A DNA stretch of 60,000 bases, from positions 30,878,001 through 30,938,000 of the forward strand of contig NW_024704743.1 of the NCBI RefSeq assembly GCF_018977255.1, read 5' to 3'. This document shows, one piece after another, positions 13,531 through 26,080 of this stretch. Source of the DNA: Callorhinchus milii (taxonomy: Eukaryota). The translations under genes and the position numbers were made by a program. Every line of letters begins with the position of its first letter. Within the stretch, counting starts at the first letter, position 1. Under the pieces are notes generated by a model. The model searched no databases. It was not told where the DNA came from and worked only from the letters and a program-made list of their open reading frames with translations.

Positions 13531-14199
13531 ACAGATCACAAGATTGGTCTGGATGAAGAAGGCCTTATCACATCGTTGAGACGTCTCAAAGTCCTTCACA
13601 GAATATATTGTGAAGTGGATTGATTGTGTTTTATGGATTATTGCATTCTGCAGTCAGTCTGATAACACTGTGCTGGCATTATGGCTATACTTTTTAAAAT
13701 CATTATCTCTTTGCAGAAAAAAACTCTTTAGAAAAAAAACTTTAAAAATGTTTTTTGCTTTCTATAATCTATCCTCAGATAACAACAGTCAAGGTATTGA
13801 TCCCTGTTGTGTGGCAAGCTATTCCCCATATATTAATATTTCATTCAGACATAAATGTTAGATGCACTTCATATCAGAGGACTTTGTGCTGCTGCAAACA
13901 CATTTAGAATTCGTAGGTCACAGTGCATACAAGAGAATTCAATCTTTTGTTATTTTGACATAATTTTTCTCTTTTCTTGCCTGCGGCCTAAATTCTACAT
14001 GATTGCAGACATTGTATGAACGTGTCTGTGATCCTTCAAAGCTCCCTTTCTGTTTGGACATAGGATTGGAAAATTGCTTTTTGGCCAGGGTGAAGGAGAG
14101 AACATTGGAAGGTGAGTTACTTCACAAGATCGGTTCGGATAAACTAGGCCCTTCGACCTATTTGATCTCATCCTTCCAGAACATCCACCCTCCTCTCAC

Positions 14200-14590
14200 C
14201 CCATCACAGCTTCAAGCTGCTTTATTAACAAGTCTTGTTAACCCCACAAGCCAAGGCCCTAATGGGTAGGGTGGCCCTAGCTGAACAAGCAGTGGGAAAG
14301 CTTGCCAGACAGTGCTATCCATGGCAAGCTGCGTGATTTTAACTGGTTAGACTCCAACAGTACCCCAACACGCACTCTGGGGTCCTCAAGTCTTGGCTCC
14401 TGCCAACCTGTGCCTACGTAAGTAGGATTCATCCCTCCAGGGAGAGAGTGCGCATTCCATTCCAACAATTTAACGCGAGAATTTTCACGTGTATGTGGGA
14501 TGCCTGGAATTCTCCGTTTGGTTTGGATACTCTTAAGCATGGTGATGGGTTTCTGCATGTGTCAGACACTTGGCTCACAGATTAGTTGGG
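14200..14590 (+). repeat. Unclassified dispersed repeat, family D
   Basis: About 300 bp collinear with 39775-40090 (GAAAGCTTGCCAGACAGTGCT...CCCTCCAGGGAGAGAGTGC...GTGATGGGTTTC..CATGTGTCAGACAC). Confidence 0.85.
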
Positions 14591-14861
14591 CTGAATGCTT
14601 ACATTCAGGAAAGAATGCAATTGGACTAGACCTAATATTTCTGGTGTAATAATCCCTGAGCAGGATTTCAAAACAAATAGGATGTGCAATTTCTGCTCCT
14701 GTTGTATGAAAGCCAAAACTATGATGCTGGCCTCAATATATAAATTGCTCTATTGACTGATGTAATGTACAGCATATTGATAGGTGTTGAACAAAATTCC
14801 GAAACAAATTTGGCCAGTTCTTGTTAACTCACTGAATAACAGAATTTAGGCCAATTCAGAC

Positions 14862-15150
14862 ATAATAATAATCCTTGCATTTGATGTATGTCAAAACATC
14901 TCAAAGTGCATCACAAGTACTTGCTGTCAAGTATAATGAGTGCAATTGTAGGTGCCAAAGGCCATCAATTTGCATACAGGAATGTCCCATAAAACAGCCA
15001 TGAAGTGAATGACCAATTTTATCTAGATAGGGAAGACTGCTGGTCAGTAAAGAAAGTGGTCATTCACATGGCTGTTGGTGGAACATTGCTGTGTGCAAAT
15101 TGGCTGCTGCGTTCACCTACAAATCAGTGCTCTTCACAGAAAATTTTGTG
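14862..15150. mobile_element. Two family C SINE 3' fragments in opposite orientation
   Basis: Minus copy about 14862-15050 and plus copy about 15055-15150 of the shared 3' block. Confidence 0.7.
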
Positions 15151-15679
15151 AAGAATGATTTTAAGGTTCTCACCTTTACCTACAAATCCATCCACTCCTG
15201 CCACTTATCGCTCCAATCTTCCCTTCCCCACACTCACCCCCTTCCTTCAGTTAACTGTTAGCTTGCTGTGTCCCTCCACACCCCTAACCTCTGGAACTCT
15301 GGCTCTCCACTACTCCATCTTGATCCCTCTCTATCTTTTAAGTCCTGTCTCAAGTGACTCTTCTTCCCTCGCTCTGTCATGCTGCTCTACATGAAGGTCA
15401 TGTTGTTGTTGATAAGCCACTATATCAAATGCAAGAATTACTGTTCTGATGACAAAGTTACAACAGCTCTATATCCTCTCCTCAGCGCCAGTGGGGGAAG
15501 TCTTCAGAGAGTGTCAATAAAGGGGTGGGGGGGAATTATTAATTTCAAGAGGATTCTTAAGTGCTGTTATTTAAGGCTCACACAAAGTTAAATTTGATCA
15601 ATACTTTAGTTTTTCAGAGAATAACCTTGCCCAATTTGAAATATAGTTGCCTATCAAACGACCAATGTCATTTTAAAAA

Positions 15680-16784
15680 TGAGATTCCCAAGCAAAATGG
15701 TTCTGTCAGCACATTATTTACTTCAAAATCTAATTCAATATTGATTTCTGACAGCCAATCCAGAGTGGCATTGAGAGAGACTTGGACACATAGCCACTGT
15801 GAACACTCTGGCTCCTTGGATCCAGCACATAGGCCAGCACATGGAGTTCCATAGCATAGCAATCGAGAGGACCTGGGTTGAATTCCCGGGTGGGGAGAAA
15901 TCTTAGGCAAGCTTCCTTACTCCACACACCTTTGTTTACCTAGCAATAAGCAAGAACACAGTTGGTAGTCGATTGGAGGATCACAAATCCCTTTCCGCCC
16001 CCCAAAAAAACAAAAAATATTAGGTCACTAATATCCACAACTGTTTATGGGACACTGCTGCGCACAATTGTCTGCCCCGTTTCGCCCACAAAATATACAG
16101 TCAATTCACTTTACAATATATTCTGCAAAGCACTTTGAGACTTAATGATGTGATAAGGCTCAATATCAAATGCAAGGATTATTATTTTATATATCTAGGC
16201 CAATTTATGGGAAACGGACAAATGAAATATACAGTGTGAAAGGAGGGGATGAACTGAAAGAGCATTGTTAAATCAGAATCAACAAGTGGAATATAAGTAA
16301 GCACAAGTGGTTTCCATGATTCAGTAAAAATCTAATTAATTTATCTATCCCTTATTTTTTTACTTTGATGCCAAAATGATACAACAACCCCGAAAGGACA
16401 AATAAAAGGTACCATCTCCCATTACAGTTCAGCCCCTTTTCTGTCACACGAAGACATCAATCAAAAGTACACTCCCTGTGTTTTATTCATGACCAGAGCA
16501 GTGACTCAGACCAGGATAAGAAACTGAACACAAGAGGCTGCTTACATCAGCACTCTGTACATTTGACATTATGCTTTACAAAGGCAGGTCAGTGTGCAAC
16601 AAGGTAACATGATCAGCATATCTTTTAACTTTACTAGGATGAGGTACTGTATAAATCTGAACACCAGTCCTTGTAAAGATGTCTGACAGTGTTGCCAGAC
16701 TGCCTGCGAGAAATCAATATTGAATTTCGTTTATATTTTGAAATAAATAATATGCTGACAAAAGCATTTTGTTCGGGAATCTCA
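15680..16784. repeat. Long inverted repeat pair (arms 15680-15760 and 16698-16784)
   Basis: Arm 1 versus reverse complement of arm 2: 7 substitutions plus one 6-nt indel over a 70-nt core. Confidence 0.9.
15842..16185 (+). mobile_element. SINE family A, long form (head partly deleted)
   Basis: TGGAGTTCCATAGC...GGTTGAATTCCCGG...TTGTTTACCTAGC...AAATGCAAGGATTATTAT. Confidence 0.9.
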
Positions 16785-17239
16785 GAAGCTGGTGACTCAG
16801 TGGGAAATGGCAAAGCACCATCATTCAATAAATGGTTGAATTGGTACTTAGGATAAGAGTCTAGAGTTCAAGTATATCATCTTTCAGATATATAGAGACT
16901 TGTTTTGTAACTTCAAAGCAGAATTTTAAGAAAAAAACAATAAAGGGCCAATGCTTACTTTACTAAAGCAATGAATTCTCAATTAGAAGCCCTGCATTTA
17001 AATTGCAGTTCAGTTTCAAAGTGCTGTTCACACTCTGTCTTCTGTTAGTTGGTGAGTCGTTTGTTGCATCTATGATTTCCAGGTTGTCCGGGGAGGGAGG
17101 GGCGGGGGGAAAAGAAGACAGTAACTGGGGTACCCAAACAATCCTGCCAACAAGTTAGCCAATAAATGACATTTATGATAACGGTGGAAATGTCCACTTG
17201 ATGGATTGTTTTAGCCTCCAGCGAGTGAGGTTGCTGGTT

Positions 17240-17670
17240 ACACTGTAAAGTGCAGTGACTGTATTTTGTATGCAAACTCAGCACCCAATTTGCACACAGC
17301 AATGTCCCACCAGAAGCCATGAAGTGAATGACTAATTTTACTTGGGAGCTTGTTGGCCAAGACACTGGAAGAAACTAAATGCAAAATACTGCAGATGCTG
17401 AAAATCTGAAACAAAAACAGAAGTCGCTGAGAACACTCAGCTAGTCAGGCAGCATCTATGGAGAAAGGAAAGTGAGTCAACGTTTCGGGTCCACGACCCT
17501 TCGTCAGAACCCAGAAACTTCCCTCTTTTTTCAAATAGTGCTTTTTTCCCCCCAAATAACATCCACTTGAATAGGCAGAGGGGGCCTTGGTTTAACATTT
17601 CATCTTAAGGATGACACTACCAATAATACAGCACAGCCTCAGCACTGAATTGGTGGATCAGTCTAGACTG
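17240..17670 (-). mobile_element. Family C SINE interrupted by a Penelope-type insertion
   Basis: Deu-like sequence continues on both sides of 17377-17512. Confidence 0.8.
17377..17512 (-). mobile_element. Penelope-like element terminal repeat with minimal hammerhead ribozyme motif
   Basis: Minus strand GGTT-CTGACGA-A-GGGTC-GTG-GACCC-GAAA-CGTT-GACT, then ATGCTGCCTGAC...TTTCAGCATCTGCAGTATTTTGC; flanked by direct repeat AGAAACT (17370-17376, 17513-17519). Confidence 0.8.
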
Positions 17671-19204
17671 TCTGATACAAACATAGGAAAAACACAATGT
17701 ACACCTTGTAATTATTGCCAGTAACAATTATAGTATAGAATGGCACATTTTTTACTCCCCAAAATTAATGAAATATGGTAACTGGTGCTTCTGGATGATA
17801 AAGTTTGGGTAACAGATGGATCAGTGATGACTTGAAGGCAATAATTTAAATGATGATTCTGCGAATGAGCGAAGCTTGAGCAGTTCATTAAGATCTTCAG
17901 GGCTTGGAATTGCATGAAAGATCACAGTTTTGAGGTATTAATGAAAATTAAATACAAATTTAGTTACGTGCACGAACACGCAGTATTTTGCCCTGTTACA
18001 CAGACACATCTGAAAAGGGAACCTCAGGAGGCTGTAGTCAATTTAATATTTATTAGCAGTTACATGATTTAATATTTGTCACAATTTCCATGACAACTGT
18101 TATTTTGCATTAATATTTTAGATTTAAAAAATTATGCCAGAATATGTAAACTAAACAGAGATTCATTTAGGGCAGGAATTTCCTAATGCCAGCTGGATGT
18201 TAAATTCAGTCATTTTTGAAAGTTCGATGGAAGAGATTTTGCATTGGTTCATTAAATCCAAAGAGCCGAGAGGTTGTCCAGGTAGAACATGACTAAAAAC
18301 ATATTTTAAGCTTTTAATTTTTAAAGAGAAAAATGTCCCTCTGGTCTACAGCACCAAAAGGATGTCAGACAGACCCTCAAGAAGAACGCATGTGATCCAG
18401 ATGTTCAGGAGCATTGTTCAAACAGAGGGAGTCAGATATTCTTAAGAGCTCAACAAGGGACTATTCCTTGACATCTGTTCTCCATTCCTTAAACATGACA
18501 GAAAGCCAGCCCTAGCAGTCCAATCAGTCCTCCCCCGCCCCCAGTCAAAGGAAAGAGATGGCTCGCCATATCTCAACTAGTGTCCCACACACAGCAGACT
18601 GCTGATATGTGTACAGAATTTAGCAATAGACTTAATGTGGTTACAAATTTAGAATTGTACATGTAATAATCTATGGCCTGTTCAGATATGCCATAGGTGC
18701 TTTATTTCTGTTCTGCACTAATCTGTTTTTGCAACGCTATTTAATCAGATCGATGTTTGTAAAATTGGAAAAATTAATAAACCATTTGACTCGGAACAAT
18801 TGATTGTCAAGTACAAGGGGAAAGCAGAGCTGTTTTATTCAAATGTGAATGGGGTTGTGATGCCTCTTGGGATACATGATGGTCCTTTATGCATGGTTCA
18901 ACATAGTAAATTCAATGGGGATAAGGAACAAGTAAGGGTTTCTGCCAGGTGATGACTTTGCACAGACTAAGGATTGATTCTGAGATTTTGGGAGTTTATG
19001 TGACTCAGTTTCACCACAAGTAGTGGGTCAGTGGATTGTCAATCTATCTAATGGAAAAGCCCTAGAACCCAAAATTTCACATAAAAATATGACCTTTGAC
19101 TTAAAATTGCCTTAAGACCAGTGACTTGCAATTTAAATGGCAAAGAATTTTTGGGAACATTCTTAATTTCTGCCTGAAATTGTAAGCCAGTTCAATTTTA
19201 ACTT

Positions 19205-19530
19205 AATCATCGGTCGCCCTGCTTGTTTGACTACCCAGCTCTTCCCTACACAAACTGCAGATGATCCACATCCTTGCAGCCCACGTCCTCCCCAACAACT
19301 CCTCCTCATCAAGGATATTATCCATTCCCCTCGCTCAGCTCCACTGGCTCCCCGCTCCCCATCTCCCAGCAGATTGAATTCCAAATCCTCAAACTCACTT
19401 TCAAATCCCTCTATAGCCTTGTCCCACCCTTCAACCTTACTGGCTCAGCTGTTCGCTCAGTTCAGCAAACGCCAGTCTGCTTCACATCCCCTGCTTACTC
19501 ACCATTGGTGAGTGAGCTTTCAACCATCGG
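19205..19530 (+). mobile_element. L2 LINE ORF2 3' fragment (decayed)
   Basis: Translates in pieces to L2 C-terminal motifs (KLQMI..., LHWLP / ISQQIEFQILKLTFKSLY). Confidence 0.8.
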
Positions 19531-19534
19531 CCTC

Positions 19535-19800
19535 AATAATAATACTAAATAATCCTTTAATTTGATATAGCGCCTTACTCTGTGAAGCGCTTTGAGACGT
19601 CGAGAAGATGTGAAAAGTGCTATATCAAATGCAAGGATTATTATTATTATTTTCATTATTATATTATTATTATCACGTCTTTGAGATATCTCAAAATGTT
19701 TCACAAAATATGCTGTAAAGTGAACTAACTATATTTTGTGGGAAAAACGCGGCAGTCAATTGTGCACAGCAGTGTCCCACAAACAGTCGTGGATTGTGTG
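19535..19800 (-). mobile_element. Family A SINE 3' part with a second SINE tail (19578-19670, +) inserted in opposite orientation
   Basis: Consensus GCGCCTTATCACGTC is split at TTA by TCTGTGAAGCGCTTTGAGACG...CAAGGATTATTATT. Confidence 0.85.
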
Positions 19801-21444
19801 CTTTGGAGCTCCAAACCACAGCTTTTCATTGTGAGTAGTGGGTGGCTAGCTTTCACAATATAACTGAGTCATAATTGGGATATAACCAGGAGAAAGTCAC
19901 ATTGATATGAATTGGCGAGAGTCACGTTCATGTAACCTGTAGAGCCACAACGATGTAACCAGAATCTCACTGAACCATGCAATCTCCAGTAAGCAGGAGT
20001 AGATAAGTTTGGTGCACATATTCGATCCTAAGATTTCTGTGTTCACTTCCAGGATGGAGTAGGAAATGGTTTGTGTTGGTGGAAAAATATCAGTGTTGCA
20101 TTTAAAATGCCTGTCGGGGTCAGTGATTGTGTACTGAGCTCTGCATGCACTGAATTAATTCCTGTGGTCTGTGAGTTATCCTTCTCAGTTCAGAAAATTT
20201 CCTAAATTTGGCCTGTGCTCTTATGAATACATCTAATGCAATTGTAGCTCATAAACAATAATAGTTTATAAACATAAAATTAAATTATGCATTTAAAATT
20301 GCATTAAAGTGATTTCTAAGTGCTCAGGAAAAAATTCAAAGCACCTCCCCTGTGCTTAGCCCTGCATCAGTGGATATGCTACATGGAATTCAGAACAGAT
20401 TAACCCCTGGGAGAATATTACTGTACTTTTCACTCAGGTTGAAAGGGAACTATAGTAACCAACTGTTTGTACCAGGACAGAGAAAGGAGGATAAGGGGGA
20501 AAGGAGTGAAGAATGAACTACAGGCGCCTGGACAGTAAAGTACAGTGCAATACAGCTCAAGCCCATTTTTGGTGTTCAATTACAGTTTCAACATTTGTTG
20601 CATTTTATTTGTTCGGTCATTCTGCAGCTCTTTGTGGGAAAACAACACTTGCTACTGGTTAGGGAGCAGGGGATGCTTTCACTGCAACCAGCAGTGCAGT
20701 TTCCCCAAAAGGGCTTAGGATTTTCAAGTACAATTGGGGCCTTAAGTCATGCTGGGTGTGGGGTGGGGGGAGGCGATTCCAGGAGGAGTGGGTGTCAATT
20801 CGACATTTGGGTGGGATCCAGGCAAGGATTGGCTATTGTACCTGTTACTCATAAGGAGGGAGGGCTCTGGGCAATAATTGGTTGGCGCAAGCTGTCACTT
20901 ACACAGATGTGAAGCTCTGGGTGGTATCAGGAGCCAATTACAGGGGTGTTCGGGAACCATTCATGGGGGCACTCGGGAAATTTCCTGATTTCCCATATAG
21001 TCAGTCTGCCCCTGACTTGAGGAAGCACACTGCACACCGTGAGAAGTTCCTACTCTATAAGCTCTCATGAGCATATCCTCCGTCGACCCTCTTTGACCTC
21101 ATTTGAACCTTAGGGTGCAGCACAGCATAGCACAGCGCTCAACCATCAAGGCTGTGTATTTTTAGGTACTGCGATAGAATGATAAATAAATAATTGCAAT
21201 CTAGTTTTTAAATCAAAAACCTCCACCGCCTATTTTGCTGAGATTTCAAAAGCAACAGAATCTAAAATGTTCTGTTACAGTATTTGATAGAAGAGAAAGG
21301 GGGTTGGGGGGGAAAAGTAATGCGACGGGCCCATTAGAATTTAAAGTGGCATTATCCCCTTGAATGACAAGCACCTCCATTGTCAGTGTCAGGTAACCCT
21401 TTAAGGTTGTCAGCCTTAGGTAACATGTTTGCGGAAAAGTTGGA

Positions 21445-21815
21445 TGTCAGTGCTTCGCAGCATATAGTGTAAAGTGTAAGCAAATGTGGCAGCCAATTAG
21501 CGCACAGCAATGTCCCAAAAACAGCCAAGAAGTGAATAACCAATTTTATTTGGGAGATTGTTGGCCAGGATACCAAGAGAAACTCCCTCCTCTTTTCAAG
21601 TAGTCTCATGGATCTTTAACAACCACCTGAACAGGCAGAATGGGACATCAGCCTAATATCTCATCTGAAGGACTGCATCTCCAACAGTGAAGCGCATTCC
21701 CAGCATAGCACTGGACTATCAGCATGGACAATATGGGCTCCAAATGCCGACATGGGGCTTGAACCCGCAAATTCTGACTCAGAGACAAGAGTGCTACAAA
21801 CGATGCCAGGCTGTC
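21445..21815 (-). mobile_element. Family C SINE, near full length
   Basis: tRNA-like head (GCACTCTTGTCTCTGAGTCAGAA..GGGTTCAAGCCCCA), Deu domain and 3' block on the minus strand. Confidence 0.85.
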
Positions 21816-22782
21816 ATACACTAATAATAATAATAATTGTGTTTTATATAAAGCTTTTCATGTCAGTAAAACATCTTGCGCTGACATCTATATCTGCCTG
21901 TTAAATATCTCATGATATTATTTGAAAAGAAAAGGGAGATTTTTCCCAGCATCCTCGCCAAAAAACACTCCAGATAAATTTATTCATACTCTGTTTCTAA
22001 GACAGTGTTGCTGCAAATTGCTAACTACATTTGCCTCCCAAAAAAAGTCACTATTTTTGACAGTAATTGCTTGTAAAGCACCTTGAAATCCATTATTGTG
22101 ATGAGCGATTAAGTTTTCTTTTTTCTTCATTTAAAGTGTATAGATTGGACACAGACAGATTGGGAGGGTTGTGAGAGCTATGGTGACATTCACTATATAC
22201 AGCAATTTGCACTTGCCTTTCGCTTAGAACGAACATCTCAAAGTGCTTAACAATGATGATAGTGAGCACCAAACAGGAGGATGCGAGAGTTAGGTGTGTC
22301 ACTGGGTGAGGTACCAGAGGGCGGGCAATGACCTGTACCTCCAGAAGAGAAGAAACCAATCAATAGATATCAACTGAAATGCAGATCCCCAAAGGTTGGT
22401 TCCTGGTGAATTTGATGCAGAGGCTCCCGACAGTTGTGAAGGATAAGGACATTGAACAGCTGAAGGAGTTCCTGCTATACAGGATGATAGAGGGTTCTGC
22501 TTTCCCTCAACTGACTGTAGGAAGAATGATGATGGCAGAGAGAATTCATGGGTCTTTGAAATCTGGGTTAACCTGGTACTTAGTGAAGCAGCAGCGAAAA
22601 GGCTGTCCTCTGCTACCAGAAACAGTGTGGTGGTAGAAATAAAGACAGCTACTGCCAGCGGCTACATAGAGCTACAGGCCGAAGTGGGAGTTATTCACAC
22701 GTAAAACTAATTTCGAATTAGCTTCTTTACTCCTGTGATGTGATATCACGTTGAAACAATTATGAAGCATTGCATTTCTTAC

Positions 22783-22911
22783 CTCAATGTTTTCAAACCT
22801 ATTTTTGTATCGATTGTAGAAGCATCCAAAACCATCACACGGCTATCAGGACTTTCTTTTCCCACATTACTATCAGAATATATACGATTGAATCTTAAGT
22901 GCCTCTTTCTC
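22783..22911 (-). other. Candidate 129-nt exon (unidentified transcript)
   Basis: Acceptor GTTCTGTTTATCTTTAG|G, donor GAG|GTAAGA; one frame open (RKRHLRFNRIYSDSNVGKESPDSRVMVLDASTIDTKIGLKTL); no homology recognised. Confidence 0.25.
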
Positions 22912-23029
22912 CTAAAGATAAACAGAACCTCTGTTTAAAGGGTTCAGGATTAAATCTGACACCATCATCAAATTAAACAGTGAGCTTCAGTGATAACCGA
23001 TTGGACAAAGGCATTGGGGCCATTCACAT

Positions 23030-23400
23030 GTAAACCATTGGTCCAGAAGGGCTCAGGTTTGACCTGTGATCTCAATCAGAAGGTCTGTGCACATTTGCCT
23101 GATCTCAGCCAAGGCACTAGGTGGGGTTACAATTGACCTCATTTCCCAGAGTTCCTACTCCTGATCCCTATCCAGAGAACCTGCTGGAAGATACTTTGGT
23201 GTAAGATATTAGAGGTGGACATAATTCAACTAGGTTATGACTGCCCCCCCCCCACCCCCGACCCACGATCAACTAGTCCACCAAACCCAATGCCACCATC
23301 AAGTATCCTGTAGAATAATGGATCACCAAGTGTCTGTGGAACTGTAAAACAATGAAAGGAACTAGGAATCAAACACTCTCAGGAGAGGATGAGACAACGG
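23030..23400 (+). mobile_element. Family B repeat
   Basis: CTGATCTCAGCCAAGGC...ACAATTGACCTC...TTCCTACTCCTGATCCCTATCCAG...CAGGAGAGG. Confidence 0.65.
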
Positions 23401-23539
23401 GAGAATATTGGAAAATTAGCAGGAAAAAGGTGAGCACATCAGCTTCATTGTGTGACATGCAATAAGTACAAGAGTGTGTGAGGTGTGGGGGCCAGAACAT
23501 ATAAAGATAGACAGTGAGATGATACTCCATGTGCCAGTA

Positions 23540-23720
23540 AGGTTATCTTGAATCAGATACTGCAAATGCATTTCAGAGGAAACAAGATACACATCATTAG
23601 GGAGAAACGAATAGACGGGGGATGGGCGGGGATTAAGGAGTAGTAGAGACTCATGTGGAGTATAAACACCAGTCTGGATGAGTTGGTCGAATGGCCTGTT
23701 TCCCTGCTGTCCAGTTCATT
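23540..23720 (+). mobile_element. CR1 3' end fragment
   Basis: ACTCATGTGGAGTATAAACACCAG...GTTGGTCGAATGGCCTGTTTCC. Confidence 0.8.
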
Positions 23721-24944
23721 TAAGTTTAGTGCACATCAATAAAGTGTGATTATAATGAAAAATGCCATGAACCACATGTGTTGTCAAAAGCACATTAAAC
23801 CCACCAGTTCAAGGACATTGGTAGAAGACGTGACATGTGCTTTCCTGCTTTATGATCAGCATCTTTCACACAATTTAAGTTTTTAAACCTTTTCCAAACA
23901 AGCGCCACGTTTCTGGCAGGTAACACGTTTTCTCTGCTCTCGATCTGATAAGCAAATACAAATTCTACATTGTTGGGCTCTGCCGGTGAAGCCTTCCCTG
24001 CATTGCTGAGATAAGAATTTAACTGCAACGGTGGTTACTGAGTATAATATTTTCTCCCTTTGGCTCCTCACTGTACAACAGTGACCTATCTTTTATTAAA
24101 CAACCACAGTTCACTGTGTGTGAAGCAGTTACAATTCAGTCAGTGTGGGAATCCTGCCAAGTGTCAGCGTGCTATCTGTCTGCTTTTTAAAATATATCTG
24201 AGAGCTCTTACACTCGAATATTCAAACACATTCTTGCTCCAAGATGAATCAAAATCTGCCACAACCCCACACGTTAATTCCAGCTGTGGATCTTCCCTCA
24301 CTCTTTGGTGCTGATAGCAACAGTGGTGTTAATGAAGCATTAATTCAAAAGCTAGCCTAAAGTGTTATTGCCAAAATACAAAATTCAATTCTGTAAAAGG
24401 AAAAGTAGATGACGGGACATTTTCTGAACCCATGTTTTAGTCTCAGATATGCATTGCTGATGAGTTCTGCTCAAAACCGCAATGTCTCACTGGGCCTGCT
24501 AGAAGCATATGATTTATTGCTCCAGGTTTTAAAAATACTTCTGATCCCAGAGTGTGAACTGTTGAGCTCCATTCTTCCCCTTCCCCACCCCCATACGAAA
24601 AACTGCCTCGATAAGAATCACTTCCTCCTGACTGTTATGCATGAGGTCAGGTTAACACCAACCGCAGCAATGAACTAGAAAGGAAGCAGAAGTTTTAGAA
24701 ATATACGTTTATGTCAGAAAGATCTTGACAATATTAGAGAATGGATTCCAGAGGCACACAGTAGAAAGCTACATGGAAGGCATGTAGAGTTTCTGACACC
24801 CTCATTTCAAGGGCAACACCTGCAGTTAGAATCTTTCTTTGACAGCCAAGTATCTTGCACATGCTTAAACCCTTTGCTATGGTTAAGAGTCTCCAAAACA
24901 AACTACTGAGATTTTCACATATGTATGCTTTCTATTTGTCTAGT

Positions 24945-25205
24945 ATTAAGAGCACACTCTGCCCTCTTAGAGATGCTCCCTGCTTACCTAAAACCCACAG
25001 AGTTTAGAGCAGGTTAGAAAGAGCCAAGACTTGGGGACCTCAGAGTGTGCATTGGGAGGACTGCTGGAGTTTAACTAACTGAAACTACCATTGCAAATAT
25101 TATCTGGCAAGTTTACCATTGTTTGTCCAGCGAGAATCACCCAACCCATTAGGGCATTGTCTTGCAAGATTAATAGAAGCCAAGTGGGAAGGATCCCTGA
25201 CTAAC
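24945..25205 (-). repeat. Family D repeat
   Basis: GAGCCAAGACTTGGGGACCTCAGAGTGTGC...TCTGGCAAG...CCCATTAGGGC is the reverse complement of 14250-14450. Confidence 0.75.
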
Positions 25206-25436
25206 CCCAGGGTTTTTGAGTTAGTGATTGAGTTAGAATCATAGGGATTTCAATACAAAGGTTCATTGAGCCCAGCACTCCCACTGGAGCTGTCGATTCT
25301 AATCCTATTCCCCACCTCTTTCTCCATATCCCTTGAATATCATCAATGCTTGTGTATTATTTCTTAGCTTTTAAGGGGGAATTAAATAAATATCTGAAAA
25401 GGCAAAATATAGTATAAAGGAGAATGAAGTCTAAGG

Positions 25437-25600
25437 CAGCATGGTCCAACTGGCAGCCTGCAGGCCGCATTCGGCCTGGCGGTTGATTTTATCCAGACCA
25501 AGACCATTTCCAACTTCCGCTCCCTCCCTGGTGAACGTCTTCCCATGGCCATCCTACCTCTCTCGGCTCCCACCCCTGGCTTAGGTGCCCAGCCGACAGT
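25437..25600 (+). mobile_element. hAT (Charlie/Buster-type) non-autonomous 5' end
   Basis: TIR-like CAGCATGGTCCAAC after an 8-bp NNNTANNN site (GTCTAAGG); subterminal GCCTGCAGGCCGCATTCGGCC. Confidence 0.6.
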
Positions 25601-25609
25601 GTCAAGATA

Positions 25610-26080
25610 AATAAAAAAATCCTTGCATTTGATATAGTGCTTTTCACATCTTCTAGGCATCTCAAAACGCTTCACAGAATATACTGTAAAGTGAATTGAC
25701 TGTATATATTTGTGGGTGAAACGCGGCAGTCAATTGCGCACAGCAGTGTCCCAACAAACAGTCGTGGATTAAAGTGACCAAATTATTATTGTTTTTCTTC
25801 TTGAGGGATTATTATCAGGCGTGTGGAGTAAGGAAACTTGTCCATGGTTTTGTCTTGCCGGGAATCGAACACAGGTCTCCTGTTACTCATGGATTGAGTA
25901 ACCACATTTTTTCTTAAGGGAACATTACTCCCAGAAAAGTGATCCGCCGATTGACTAACAACTGGGTTCCTACTTACTGCTAGGTAAATAGAGGCGAATG
26001 GAGTATAGAAACTTGCCTCACGTTTTGCACTGCCTGAGAATCAAACCCAGGTACTCTTGGTGGCGAGACGAGTGCTCCAT
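25610..26080 (-). mobile_element. Two adjacent family A SINEs (short form 25610-25880, long-form 5' half 25890-26080)
   Basis: Two successive tRNA heads and linkers on the minus strand. Confidence 0.88.

Noticed and set aside
22302..22661. 120-codon stop-free minus frame overlapping an 85-aa plus ORF
   Set aside because: No recognisable protein or convincing splice sites; such lengths occur by chance in 60 kb, and one end is in a repeat remnant.
24452..24484. Hammerhead-like CATTG-CTGATGAG...CTC-AAAAC..CAATG
   Set aside because: Lacks the catalytic G of GAAA and the UH cleavage site; treated as a chance hairpin.
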